Positions 41,192 through 50,335 are shown, counted from the stretch's first letter. The stretch is 64,000 nt of DNA from Acidimicrobiales bacterium (GCA_041687805.1 JBDNJK010000031.1:22379-86378); one strand, 5' to 3'. Notes: generated by a model not told the origin, from the sequence alone. Program-made: numbers and translations.

Positions 41192-43179
41192 AATGCCCGT
41201 CCGATCCGGTCGCCGTCGATGACGGCCGAGTGCACCCGGCGCGGCGCCACGGCATCACCAACCCGGTGGACGTCGAGGTTGAGCTCGCTCTCCATGGACT
41301 TCAACTGGAAATACAAACCATCTGAAGCCCGGGGTGGAAGGCTCATCACCACCCAGTCGGGTCGACGAGTCTCGACTTGGCCGGTGAGGTGATACATCAA
41401 CCCGACCTCGCCACGACCATCGACAGTTCCCGCCCTGGTGACGATTCGGTCAGTGGTTTGCCGAATGCCCTTGGCCTCGGCTCGCATCCACCAGTTTTCC
41501 ATGTCGAGCGTGATCCCCAAATCTTGGCCGACGACCATGCCAGGGGTGACAATTTCGACGTCGCAACCACGATCAGCCAACAATTCGGCGACCGAGGTAG
41601 CTTCGTGAAAGCCGAGATGATCCACCACCAGAACGTCGCCCTCGGGGTCGGCCTCGCCACTGAGCACGGCGATCACATCTACGCAACGCTGCCGGAATTC
41701 GTCGTCGTCTGGTGGCAACCAGTACGGAGCGTTGAACTCAGATCCCGCGGCCACGATCACGGCGTCCGGGCGACGCGTTCGGACCAAGTCGGCGTCGACC
41801 TCGACACCGCATTCGATCTCGACACCGAGCCGCTCACACTCCACCAGTTGATTGCGGATCACATCGCCGAGCTCCGCACGGTTGGGAACCGAAGCCGCCC
41901 AACGCACCTGCCCCCCCACCATTTCGGATCGCTCGACAACGCTGACTCGGTGGCCATGCGCAGCCGCTGATATCGCCGACTGAAGTCCAGCGGGTCCGGC
42001 GCCGACCACCAACACGTCGCGTGCGTTGCTACGACTCGTGGGCGCCGGCAGCACGCTCTCGCGGCCGGTCATCGGATTCTCGACGCAACCGAGCCAACGA
42101 TTGAGCCCCATTCTCCCGACACATTCCTGGTTGCACGACAGACACAATCTCGTGTCGCCGGCCATACCAGCTCGCGCCTTGGCCACGAACTCAGGATCGG
42201 CGATCTGCCCTCGCACCACGCCGACCAGATCACAATGACCGTCGGCAATGGCGCGGTCGGCCTGCAAAGGGTCCTTGAAACGTCCGACACCAACCACCGG
42301 TAGGTCGACCTTGGCACGGATGGCCGAGGGAATGAACAGTGCGTACCCCGGCGGTATGTGCATCGACGCCTCGATGACAAACAACGATGACGTGGCCACC
42401 CCGATGGAGGTGTTGATGTAGTCGACCTGTGCACGTCGATCCAACTCGACGGCCACGTCGACTGCCTCGTCGATACGCGTGCCGTTGTCGATCAACTCGT
42501 CGCCACAGAGCCTCACACCCAACGCCACATCCGAGCCGACCGCGTCGCGTACGGCGGCCACGATCTCGTGAAGCATTCGGCTGCGATTCTCGAGAGAACC
42601 GCCGTATTCATCGCGGCGCTTGTTGGTGGCAGGCGACAGAAACCCTCGAACGATCGAGCTGTGTGAGCACTGCAACTCCACGCCGTCGAAGCCGCCCTCC
42701 ACACATCGTGCGGCCACGTCTGCGTAGCCACGAACGATCTCCGCGATCTCGCGATGGTCGACTTCCTTGGGCACCTCGCGAAACATCGGATCGGGCACGG
42801 GAGACGGAGCCCAGACCGGAAGTCGCGAATACATCGATGATGCCTGACCTCCGTTGTGGTTGATCTGGGCAAAGATCGGGGTGCCGTGGGCATGGACAGC
42901 GCGGGTGATCCGGCGATAGCCGTCGACCACCTCTGGGCGGAAGGCATGAATCATCTTCTCGTAGGGCCAATCGGTGGGGTGAACCGAATGCTCCTCGGTG
43001 ATGATCAGGCCAGCCCCTCCCCTGGCCCTGGCCTCGTAGTAGGCAACGTGTTGATCGCTCGGCATGCCGTTGTCGGCATAGTTGGTGAGGTGGGCGCTGA
43101 AGACAATCCGGTTGGGGATCGTGACCGGACCCAGCCGTAGAGGCTTGAACAGGTAACGGTATTGCCCTGCTCCGCTCAC
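41188..43179 (-). CDS. FadH/OYE-family flavoprotein (OYE TIM-barrel + 4Fe-4S + FAD/NAD(P) domain)
   Basis: 663 aa. N-terminal OYE-like LFKPLRLGPVTIPNRIVFSAH. Cluster motif CLSCNQECVGRMGLNRWLGC (C-x2-C-x3-C-x11-C). VLVVGAGPAGL dinucleotide fold. Confidence 0.85.
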   Translation of the reverse strand: MSGAGQYRYLFKPLRLGPVTIPNRIVFSAHLTNYADNGMPSDQHVAYYEARARGGAGLIITEEHSVHPTDWPYEKMIHAFRPEVVDGYRRITRAVHAHGTPIFAQINHNGGQASSMYSRLPVWAPSPVPDPMFREVPKEVDHREIAEIVRGYADVAARCVEGGFDGVELQCSHSSIVRGFLSPATNKRRDEYGGSLENRSRMLHEIVAAVRDAVGSDVALGVRLCGDELIDNGTRIDEAVDVAVELDRRAQVDYINTSIGVATSSLFVIEASMHIPPGYALFIPSAIRAKVDLPVVGVGRFKDPLQADRAIADGHCDLVGVVRGQIADPEFVAKARAGMAGDTRLCLSCNQECVGRMGLNRWLGCVENPMTGRESVLPAPTSRSNARDVLVVGAGPAGLQSAISAAAHGHRVSVVERSEMVGGQVRWAASVPNRAELGDVIRNQLVECERLGVEIECGVEVDADLVRTRRPDAVIVAAGSEFNAPYWLPPDDDEFRQRCVDVIAVLSGEADPEGDVLVVDHLGFHEATSVAELLADRGCDVEIVTPGMVVGQDLGITLDMENWWMRAEAKGIRQTTDRIVTRAGTVDGRGEVGLMYHLTGQVETRRPDWVVMSLPPRASDGLYFQLKSMESELNLDVHRVGDAVAPRRVHSAVIDGDRIGRAL

Positions 43180-45218
43180 CTCGTCACCCCCTGCGTGCCC
43201 GGCATCGCTCTCGCGGCCGACATTGACGACTCGGCGGAGAGCACTGCTCGACGCGCCTCAAGAATCGCTTCGAGAATCGTGCGAGGAGCCACGGCATCGC
43301 CCACCCGCGGAAGTGAATGGCCGCATTTCTCCCACAGGTCGGTGTCGGGAAGCCGGTGGCCGGCATCGATGATCGTGCCGGTGAGGACGCTTCGTTCGCC
43401 GCTGAATCGGTGTTCGACAGTGACCGTGCCATCACCGATCGACAGGACCTTCACCCGGCGCACGATCTCGATCCCGAGCTGCGCCAACCGACTGTTGCAT
43501 GGGGCTAGATCCCCGCTGGGCGCCAGCATCTGACCAGCGAAAGCATCGCCGGTGACCATCGTGACCTGACGTCCGAGGTGAGAGAGCATCTCCGCCACGG
43601 ACACGCCGATTGGACCGCCGATCGAGTCGAGAATGACCGCGTGACCACCGGCTGGCACGAGGTCGTGGAGGATGCCGAACCGTGATCCATTGAGGACGGC
43701 TGCGGCAGTGAGCGGCGGGGTGGTGCCCTCGATTGGTGCGGCCGACGGACCGTCAACGGAACCGGTTGCCAGAATGACGGGCCCCTCATGGGCCTCTATT
43801 TCGAACGGTTCAGCGATGTGGCCGGTGATGGCCTCAACGCCAAGACGCCGAACCTCCGACTCAAGCCAATCGGCTATGCCCTCGAGCGGTCGACGTCCCG
43901 AACCCTCGGCCGCGGTTCGCACCATTCCACCAAGATGGTCGGAGGCCTCCAGGATCCGAACCCGGTGGCCGCGCTCGGCCGCGACCCGCGCAGCTTCGAG
44001 GCCGGCTGTCCCCCCTCCTACCACCAGAAATTGTGGGGTGTCGTCGCCACCTCTTCGAGCACCGGCAGACTCTGACCTCGCACACGGTTCCGGATCGTCC
44101 AGCTCGTGGCCCGACCTGGGGTCGACCACACAGGTGACGATGGGGTTGCGGTTATCACGGACCTGGCATGTCTGATTGCAGAGAACGCATGGGCGGATCA
44201 GCGCTGGATCGACAGCAGCCTTTGCCGCGAGTTGAGCGTCGGCGATCTGGGCTCTGGTCATCTCGACCAAGTCGCAGCGACCGTCGCCCAATGCCCGCTC
44301 GGCTTGTCCGACATCGACTATCGAGCCCTGCGCTATCACAGGTATCGACTCGCCGATTCCGATTCTGATATCGCGCACCAAGTCGAGGTTGAACCCGGCG
44401 GGCTGGTGGGCATCAGGGCGCGTGGCCTCGACCGAGAAGATCGAACCCTTCACCACGACGAGATAGTCGACAAACCCAGCCAGTTCCTTGGCAATTTCGA
44501 CCGCCGACTCGGGGGTGATGCCCGCCCACGGCGCCAACTCATCACACGACAGCCTGAGGCCGACGATGCCATCACCCACCGCTGATCTCGTTGCCTTGAT
44601 CACCTCACGGGCGAATCTCAATCTGTCGGCTCCGTATTCATCATCACGACGATTGGTGAGCCCCGAGATGAACTGACGGACCAGCGAATGCTGACCAGCG
44701 TTGATCTCGACGCCGTCGACACCTGATTCGGCGGCCAGCGCGGTCGCGGCACCAAAGCCGCTGATCACAGCCCGAACATCATCGGGTTCCATGATCTTGG
44801 GAATCTCGCGGGTGTTGACCTCGGGCTCATCGGAAGGCGCCCACAGCGGATCCTGAGACCAATGAGAGGTTCCTTGACCTCCGCTATGGCCGATCGCAGC
44901 GACCACCAGAGCTCCGTGCTTGTGGCACGCGTCGGCGATCGAGCGCCACCCGGGCCCACAATCGGCAGCCAGCGGGGCCCGTTCATATGGCCAATCGGAC
45001 TCGTGAACGGAGGCTTCCTCCACCACGATCACCCCAGCACCGCCGATGGCACGACGCTCGTAATAGGCGACGTGCCGGGGCGACAATGCGCGGCGAACAC
45101 CAAGGTTGGTCGTGTGCGGACCAAACATGATCCGACTCGACGCCTCGGCGTTCCCCAATTTAACAGACGAGAGAAGTTTCATCGACGGGGCGACCGTAGC
45201 TCTACTGTCGCCTGTCAC
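43176..45218 (-). CDS. FadH/OYE-family flavoprotein, paralog of the downstream gene
   Basis: 680 aa. CVLCNQTCQVRDNRNPIVTC (same C-x2-C-x3-C-x11-C spacing). FLVVGGGTAGL. GTG start at 45218, or ATG 45182 (MKLLSSVKLG). Confidence 0.85.
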   Translation of the reverse strand: MTGDSRATVAPSMKLLSSVKLGNAEASSRIMFGPHTTNLGVRRALSPRHVAYYERRAIGGAGVIVVEEASVHESDWPYERAPLAADCGPGWRSIADACHKHGALVVAAIGHSGGQGTSHWSQDPLWAPSDEPEVNTREIPKIMEPDDVRAVISGFGAATALAAESGVDGVEINAGQHSLVRQFISGLTNRRDDEYGADRLRFAREVIKATRSAVGDGIVGLRLSCDELAPWAGITPESAVEIAKELAGFVDYLVVVKGSIFSVEATRPDAHQPAGFNLDLVRDIRIGIGESIPVIAQGSIVDVGQAERALGDGRCDLVEMTRAQIADAQLAAKAAVDPALIRPCVLCNQTCQVRDNRNPIVTCVVDPRSGHELDDPEPCARSESAGARRGGDDTPQFLVVGGGTAGLEAARVAAERGHRVRILEASDHLGGMVRTAAEGSGRRPLEGIADWLESEVRRLGVEAITGHIAEPFEIEAHEGPVILATGSVDGPSAAPIEGTTPPLTAAAVLNGSRFGILHDLVPAGGHAVILDSIGGPIGVSVAEMLSHLGRQVTMVTGDAFAGQMLAPSGDLAPCNSRLAQLGIEIVRRVKVLSIGDGTVTVEHRFSGERSVLTGTIIDAGHRLPDTDLWEKCGHSLPRVGDAVAPRTILEAILEARRAVLSAESSMSAARAMPGTQGVTR

Positions 45219-45240
45219 GACACTTCGACCCGCCTAGCAG

Positions 45241-45420
45241 TCACTCGTCGTCGGCGAGACCCTCAACAACTTCTTCGGCCTTTTCAGCGGCCATTTCAAC
45301 CTTGTCGGCATGCTCCTCGGGGACCTTGTCCTCGATCACGTCGGCAGCTTTGTCGATTCCGTCTTCGACCTTGTCGGCGTTCTTGCCGACGAGACCCTTG
45401 ACCTTGTCGAGAAATCCCAT
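45241..45420 (-). CDS. Small MT0933/CsbD-like protein (59 aa)
   Basis: MGFLDKVKGLVGKNADKVEDGIDKAADVIEDKVPEEHADKVEMAAEKAEEVV... The start at ATG 45420 is an internal Met of the track ORF. Family assignment from memory. Confidence 0.5.
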   Translation of the reverse strand: MGFLDKVKGLVGKNADKVEDGIDKAADVIEDKVPEEHADKVEMAAEKAEEVVEGLADDE

Positions 45421-45518
45421 AGTCCATCTCCTATTTCCAATTTGCGTCCGGATGTATGGCGACAGAGTACATCTAGACAGCTCAGATAGTCTCTGTGGCA
45501 AGCGAAAGAGGAACCGCC

Positions 45519-46238
45519 ATGAGCCACGACCCTTACGGAACGACCCTGACACAGCCGGTGATCACACTCGGCGAAGAAGCGCGGGGCGAATTTGTAGTGC
45601 GGGTCTACCAGCATCTACTGGGCGCAGTCGTGGCGTTCATTGCCATAGAGGCTCTGTTCATCAATCTCGGGATTGCCGAGGGCCTCTACAACTTCGTGTC
45701 GGGCAACGGCATGGGGTGGCTGCTGATTCTCGGCGCGTTCATGGTGGGCCAATGGTTCGTGGCCCAAGCTGCAGCCGATCTGCTCAACCCGGTTCGCCAG
45801 TATCAGGCGCTCTTCGCCATGGCCGGACTCGAAGCTCTCATCTTCGCCCCGTTTCTTCACTACATGTTCAACGTGCAGGACAACGGCACCACCTCAGTTG
45901 CTGCGGCCGCTCTCATCACCACGATCGGCTTCGCCGGATTGTCGCTGGTGGCCTTCGTCACTCGCAGAGACCTTTCATTTCTGCGTCCGATGGTCATGTA
46001 CGGGTTCATCGGAGCGCTGGTGCTCATCGTTGCTGCCGTGATATTCGGACTCAGCCTCGGGATCTGGTTCTCAGTAGGAATGATCCTGCTGGCCGGTATG
46101 GCGATCCTTTACCAGACCCAAACGATCATCCGTCACTATCCCGCCGACGCTCACGTGGCCGGAGCGCTCGCCCTGTTCGGCTCGCTCATGACCATGTTCT
46201 GGTATGTGCTGCGCCTTGTTGGCCAGGTTTCTCGCTGA
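45519..46238 (+). CDS. Bax inhibitor-1/YccA family membrane protein
   Basis: Seven hydrophobic segments and an N-terminal FVVRVYQHLLGAVVAF pattern. ATG 45519 is preceded by AGAGGA. Confidence 0.8.
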   Translation: MSHDPYGTTLTQPVITLGEEARGEFVVRVYQHLLGAVVAFIAIEALFINLGIAEGLYNFVSGNGMGWLLILGAFMVGQWFVAQAAADLLNPVRQYQALFAMAGLEALIFAPFLHYMFNVQDNGTTSVAAAALITTIGFAGLSLVAFVTRRDLSFLRPMVMYGFIGALVLIVAAVIFGLSLGIWFSVGMILLAGMAILYQTQTIIRHYPADAHVAGALALFGSLMTMFWYVLRLVGQVSR

Positions 46239-46269
46239 CACACAGTCGGCGCCGACATCGATCGGCGAT

Positions 46270-47376
46270 TCAGCGTCGAGCGCCCAAGCTCACCGACATG
46301 GGCCGTGAGTGGTCGGCGTCCGACGTCGGCAGCGGACCGGCTGATTGCAGCAGCGCCTGACCGTGGCCGGTGACGCACTCAGGGTCGGGGCCATCGAGAG
46401 GTAAGCCGGTGAAGAACTTGGCCGCCATGCATCCGCCCTGGCAGGCATCAAATTGCCCGCACGAACTGCACGCCCCTGCTGATTGCGGTTCGCGCAATTC
46501 GGCGAAGAGGCTGCTCTCACGCCAGATCGAGGCGAACCCGCCGGCATCACAAACGTTGCCGGCTCGGAAGTCTTCGTGGAGAACGAACGGGCAGGCGTAG
46601 ACATCCCCCACCGGATCGACCAGACAAACCACCCGACCCGCGCCGCAGAGATTGAGGCCGGGCAACGGGTCCCCCAACGCAGACAAGTGGAAAAACGAAT
46701 CGCCGGTGAGGACATCGGGCCGTTCGACCAACCAGTTGTAGAGCTCGATCTGTTGAGCGTTGGTGGCGTGAAGTTCGTTCCAGGAGTCGGCGCCCCGACC
46801 CGACGGGCGCAGGCGGGTCAGCCGTAGCTGCGCACCGAAACGATCGGCCAGAGCGGCGAATTGATCGAGTTGTGGAATGTTGTGTCGGGTCATCACCACA
46901 GAGATCTTGAACTCTCCGAAGCCAGCTTCGTGAAGATGTGCCATGGCGGTGACTGCCGTGTCGAACGAGCCTTCGCCACGCACTGCGTCGTTGGTCGCAG
47001 CATCGGCACCGTCGATGGAAATCTGGACATCGACGTAATCCATCGTGGCAAGATCACGCGCTACTTCTGCATCGATGCGCGACCCATTGGTCGAGAACTT
47101 GACGCCGACGCCGTGGGAAACCGAGTAGTCGACCAGATGCCAAAAGTCGGGACGAATGGTGGGTTCGCCGCCTCCGATGTTGACGTAGAAGACCTGCATT
47201 TCTTGCAGCTGGTCGATCACAGCCTCGGCTTGAATGGTCGTCAACTCACGCTTGTCGCGAATGCCCGATGACGACAGGCAATGCACGCATTGCAGGTTGC
47301 AGGCGTAGGTGAGCTCCCATGTGAGGCAGATCGGTGCGTCGAGCCCGGCCTTCATCTGATCGGATAGAGCGGTCAT
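46270..47376 (-). CDS. mftC: Mycofactocin radical SAM maturase
   Basis: CX3CX2C (YACNLQCVHC). SPASM cysteines (CGAGRVVC...ACPF; CSSCGQFDACQGGC). Start overlaps the mftB stop by 4 nt. Downstream of mftA-mftB. Confidence 0.92.
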   Translation of the reverse strand: MTALSDQMKAGLDAPICLTWELTYACNLQCVHCLSSSGIRDKRELTTIQAEAVIDQLQEMQVFYVNIGGGEPTIRPDFWHLVDYSVSHGVGVKFSTNGSRIDAEVARDLATMDYVDVQISIDGADAATNDAVRGEGSFDTAVTAMAHLHEAGFGEFKISVVMTRHNIPQLDQFAALADRFGAQLRLTRLRPSGRGADSWNELHATNAQQIELYNWLVERPDVLTGDSFFHLSALGDPLPGLNLCGAGRVVCLVDPVGDVYACPFVLHEDFRAGNVCDAGGFASIWRESSLFAELREPQSAGACSSCGQFDACQGGCMAAKFFTGLPLDGPDPECVTGHGQALLQSAGPLPTSDADHSRPMSVSLGARR

Positions 47377-47669
47377 GCGGGAATCAACAATTCAGACTCT
47401 GCCAGTGATCTCAGCGCCTTCTCGAACGATGGCCATCGTCGGCTGTCGATTCCGGAAGCTTGAAAGGCCTCACGCACACTCGGATGGTCACCGATCGACT
47501 CCACCAACGCCACCAGCTCCGGCGCACGTAGGAAATTGAGCCGGCGATTGTCGTAGTGGTAGGCGAGCGCGCCGAAAGGTTCAGGCCTGATAGCGACCTT
47601 GGGGTGGAGCCGATACGCCAGGTCGGCGTCGAACCCGGTGGATGTCATGCGGTTGTGGTCATGGCTCAT
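47373..47669 (-). CDS. mftB: Mycofactocin biosynthesis chaperone (PqqD-family RRE protein)
   Basis: 98 aa, YRLHPKVAIRPEPFGALAYHYDNRRLNFLRAPELVALVESI, the MftB pattern. Sits between mftA and mftC. Confidence 0.9.
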   Translation of the reverse strand: MSHDHNRMTSTGFDADLAYRLHPKVAIRPEPFGALAYHYDNRRLNFLRAPELVALVESIGDHPSVREAFQASGIDSRRWPSFEKALRSLAESELLIPA

Positions 47670-47696
47670 GGTGGTGATTCGACACCGTCGCTGGGC

Positions 47697-47855
47697 TCAG
47701 TAGACCCCGCACATGCCGTCGATTGATATGTCCTCGACTAGCAACTCCTCGACTAGCAACTCGTCTTTGATGAGTTGATCAGCCTCGGCTGAATCTCCGG
47801 AATCGACTGACTTGGTCTCATCGATGTGATCGCTGAGATCGGTAGGTGCCATCAT
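47697..47855 (-). CDS. mftA: Mycofactocin precursor peptide (52 aa), absent from the ORF track
   Basis: Manual reverse translation: MMAPTDLSDHIDETKSVDSGDSAEADQLIKDELLVEELLVEDISIDGMCGVY*. The C-terminal IDGMCGVY is the MftA hallmark. GGAGG lies 12 nt upstream of the first ATG. 27 nt upstream of mftB. Confidence 0.9.
   Translation of the reverse strand: MMAPTDLSDHIDETKSVDSGDSAEADQLIKDELLVEELLVEDISIDGMCGVY
47731..47762 (-). repeat. Perfect 15-bp tandem duplication (ctcgactagcaactc x2) inside mftA, encoding ELLVE-ELLVE
   Basis: 47733-47747 and 47748-47762 are identical. In frame. Confidence 0.95.
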
Positions 47856-47928
47856 GCCTGTGCCGTGCCTCCGTTTCGAATGGGGGGCAGGTTATCAGCG
47901 AGGTTCGGGCCGTCACCGAGGAGTACCA

Positions 47929-48990
47929 GTGGAACTCGACATCATGTCCGGCGCTTTGGAGCTCAGCGCCATGCAGGCTCACGCCAAAGCTGTTGAGGAC
48001 GCTGGCTTCGGGTCGATGTGGCTGACCGAGTCGGGCCGCACTGCCTACCTTTCGTGTGCTGCTGCCGGGCTGGCCACCGAAAGTCTCGGCGTCGGCACCG
48101 CGATCGCTGTGGCGTTCCCGCGCAGCCCGATGGTCACCGCGTCGACCGCTTGGGAATTGGCCGACGCGACCAATGGTCGCTTCACCCTCGGCCTTGGCAC
48201 CCAAATCAAAGCCCACATCGAGCGTCGTTACTCCACCGAATACTCCCATCCTGGGCCCCGTCTCAAGGAGTACGTCGAGTCGGTGAAAGCGATTTTTCGG
48301 GCATTCCGAGGTGAAGAGAAGCTCCATTTCGACGGTGACTACTACCAATTTTCTCTCCTCCCGGGACAATGGTCACCCGGACCGATCTCTGCACCTGATC
48401 CGCCCGTCTACGTTTCTGCTGTACTCCCGTGGATGAGCCGGATGGCAGGTGAGGTTTGCGACGGAATCCACATCCATCCGTTCAACTCACCCGCCTACAT
48501 ATCCGAAGTGCAAGTTCCTGCGATCGAGGTTGGTCTGGGCCGCTCAGGCCGGTCTCTCGACGACATCACCTTCGTGATTCCGGTGATGACGGCTGTGGGA
48601 GATACCGAAGAAGAGATCATCTCCACACGTGAGCACGCCCGCATGATGATCGCCTTCTACGGCTCCACCCGCACCTACTCACCGGTGTTCGAGACCCACG
48701 GATTTCACGGTCTGTCGGAACATCTCCATAGCTGTCAACGAGAGGGCGACATGGCAGCGATGGTCGCCGCGGTCACCGACGATGTGCTCGACCACTACAT
48801 CGTGTCGGCCACCTGGGCCGACGTTGGTGAGGCATTGGTCGACCGTTACCGCGCTGTCGCTCCCAACGTCCGAATTGTCACTTATACGGCGGCCCACCAA
48901 CTCTCCTCTGACCCCGAGGTGCTCGACAAATGGGCCGACGTAGCAGCGGCGGTGAATCGGCGGTCGCGCGAGCCAAACGCTCCCGACTAG
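47929..48990 (+). CDS. Luciferase-like monooxygenase (LLM) class oxidoreductase
   Basis: ...AVEDAGFGSMWLTESGRTAY...GRFTLGLGTQIKAHIERRY.... GTG 47929 is preceded by GAGGAG at 5 nt. Alternative starts are ATG 47944 or ATG 47854. Divergent from mftA. Confidence 0.8.
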   Translation: MELDIMSGALELSAMQAHAKAVEDAGFGSMWLTESGRTAYLSCAAAGLATESLGVGTAIAVAFPRSPMVTASTAWELADATNGRFTLGLGTQIKAHIERRYSTEYSHPGPRLKEYVESVKAIFRAFRGEEKLHFDGDYYQFSLLPGQWSPGPISAPDPPVYVSAVLPWMSRMAGEVCDGIHIHPFNSPAYISEVQVPAIEVGLGRSGRSLDDITFVIPVMTAVGDTEEEIISTREHARMMIAFYGSTRTYSPVFETHGFHGLSEHLHSCQREGDMAAMVAAVTDDVLDHYIVSATWADVGEALVDRYRAVAPNVRIVTYTAAHQLSSDPEVLDKWADVAAAVNRRSREPNAPD

Positions 48991-49027
48991 ATTCAGCGGC
49001 CTACATTCGACGATCATTGGAGAAAAC

Positions 49028-49798
49028 ATGCCTCGCTGGACCCGAGCGCTCGTAACCGGTGCTTCGAGTGGAATCGGCGATGCCATCGCCCGTCGACTCG
49101 CAGCCGACGGAACCGATCTCGTAATCGTCGCCCGCAACGTTGGGCGGCTCAACTCACTCGCCAGCGACCTCTCGGAACGCGATGTCGAAATTCTTCCGGC
49201 CGATCTCGGCGATCGTGAGCAACTGTCAAGGGTCGAATCGCGTCTCGCTAACGAAGACAAGCCGATTGATTTGCTTGTCAACAATGCGGGGTTCGGCTTC
49301 ACAGGCGACTTCGTCGATCTCGACGTAGAGCGAGAGACCTCTGTCATCGACGTCAACATCGTCGCCCTGATGCGTCTTGCCCACGCTGCCGGTTCCGTAA
49401 TGGCTCACAGGGGCACGGGCGGGATCCTCAACACTGCTTCGATCGCCGGACTGGTGCCGTCGCCGAGCACCGCCACCTACGGAGCATCAAAAGCATTCGT
49501 CGTGAGCTTCGGACTGGCACTCAACCAGGAACTCGGACCCAAAGGTGTGAACGTGAGCACCATCTGCCCCGGATTCACCCGTACCGAGTTCCAGGAACGT
49601 GCCGAGTATGACGCGTCGAAAATCCCCGGTTTCATGTGGCAGAGCGCGGACGACGTTGCCGCTGCCGCTCTCGCTGGGGTCGACCGTGGCACGCCCCGCG
49701 TCGTGCCCGGCCTCAGCAACAAAATGGCAGCCAACACGACCAAAATCCTTCCTGGTTTCATAAACCGTCGGATCGCCGGCTTGTTCTCGGAAGACTGA
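49028..49798 (+). CDS. SDR family oxidoreductase
   Basis: TGASSGIG, NNAG and YGASKAF motifs. 256 aa. Confidence 0.9.
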   Translation: MPRWTRALVTGASSGIGDAIARRLAADGTDLVIVARNVGRLNSLASDLSERDVEILPADLGDREQLSRVESRLANEDKPIDLLVNNAGFGFTGDFVDLDVERETSVIDVNIVALMRLAHAAGSVMAHRGTGGILNTASIAGLVPSPSTATYGASKAFVVSFGLALNQELGPKGVNVSTICPGFTRTEFQERAEYDASKIPGFMWQSADDVAAAALAGVDRGTPRVVPGLSNKMAANTTKILPGFINRRIAGLFSED

Positions 49799-49800
49799 CC

Positions 49801-50289
49801 ATGGACATTCGCCTCGCCACTCTCGAGGATGCCCCCGCCATTCTGGCGATCTACAACCACGAGGTCGAGAACACCACCGCCACGTTCGACCTTGTCGGAA
49901 GAACGCTGTCGGAACAACGCGATTGGCTCAAGGAACGCAGCGGCGCTTTGGGGGTGCTCGTTGCCGAGATTGACGGTGTCGTTGTTGCGTTCGCTTCGTT
50001 GTCTCCCTATCGAACCCGCCCCGCCTATCGCACCACAGTTGAAGATTCGATCTATGTCAGTGGAGGGGCCAGAGGCTCCGGCGTGGGCAAGTCGATGCTG
50101 AACGCCCTGATCGATCTAGCTGCCCAGCGGGGGTTCCATACGATCATCGCTCACATCGCCGGGGGATCAGAGGCCTCGGTATCGCTTCACCAAGCTTGCG
50201 GCTTCACGATCGTGGGATCCGAACGTGAAGTCGGGCGGAAATTTGGCAAGTGGCTCGACGTGGTGGTCATGCAATTGATGATCACCTGA
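49801..50289 (+). CDS. GNAT N-acetyltransferase (phosphinothricin-acetyltransferase-like)
   Basis: Start at MDIRLATLEDAPAILAIYNHEV (ATG 49801, 2 nt after the SDR stop). RGSGVGKSMLNALI acetyl-CoA loop. Confidence 0.85.
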   Translation: MDIRLATLEDAPAILAIYNHEVENTTATFDLVGRTLSEQRDWLKERSGALGVLVAEIDGVVVAFASLSPYRTRPAYRTTVEDSIYVSGGARGSGVGKSMLNALIDLAAQRGFHTIIAHIAGGSEASVSLHQACGFTIVGSEREVGRKFGKWLDVVVMQLMIT

Positions 50290-50335
50290 GCTCAGCTGGC
50301 TATCGGGCCGCATAGTCTGAGCTGGCAAAAATGTA

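Noticed and set aside
41188-45218. Possibility that one of the two OYE-family flavoproteins replaces the missing MftD
   Set aside because: MftD belongs to the LldD/glycolate-oxidase-type FMN family. These proteins have the distinct FadH/TMADH three-domain Fe-S architecture and, from memory, co-occur with rather than replace MftD. I kept this only as a remark, not a claim.
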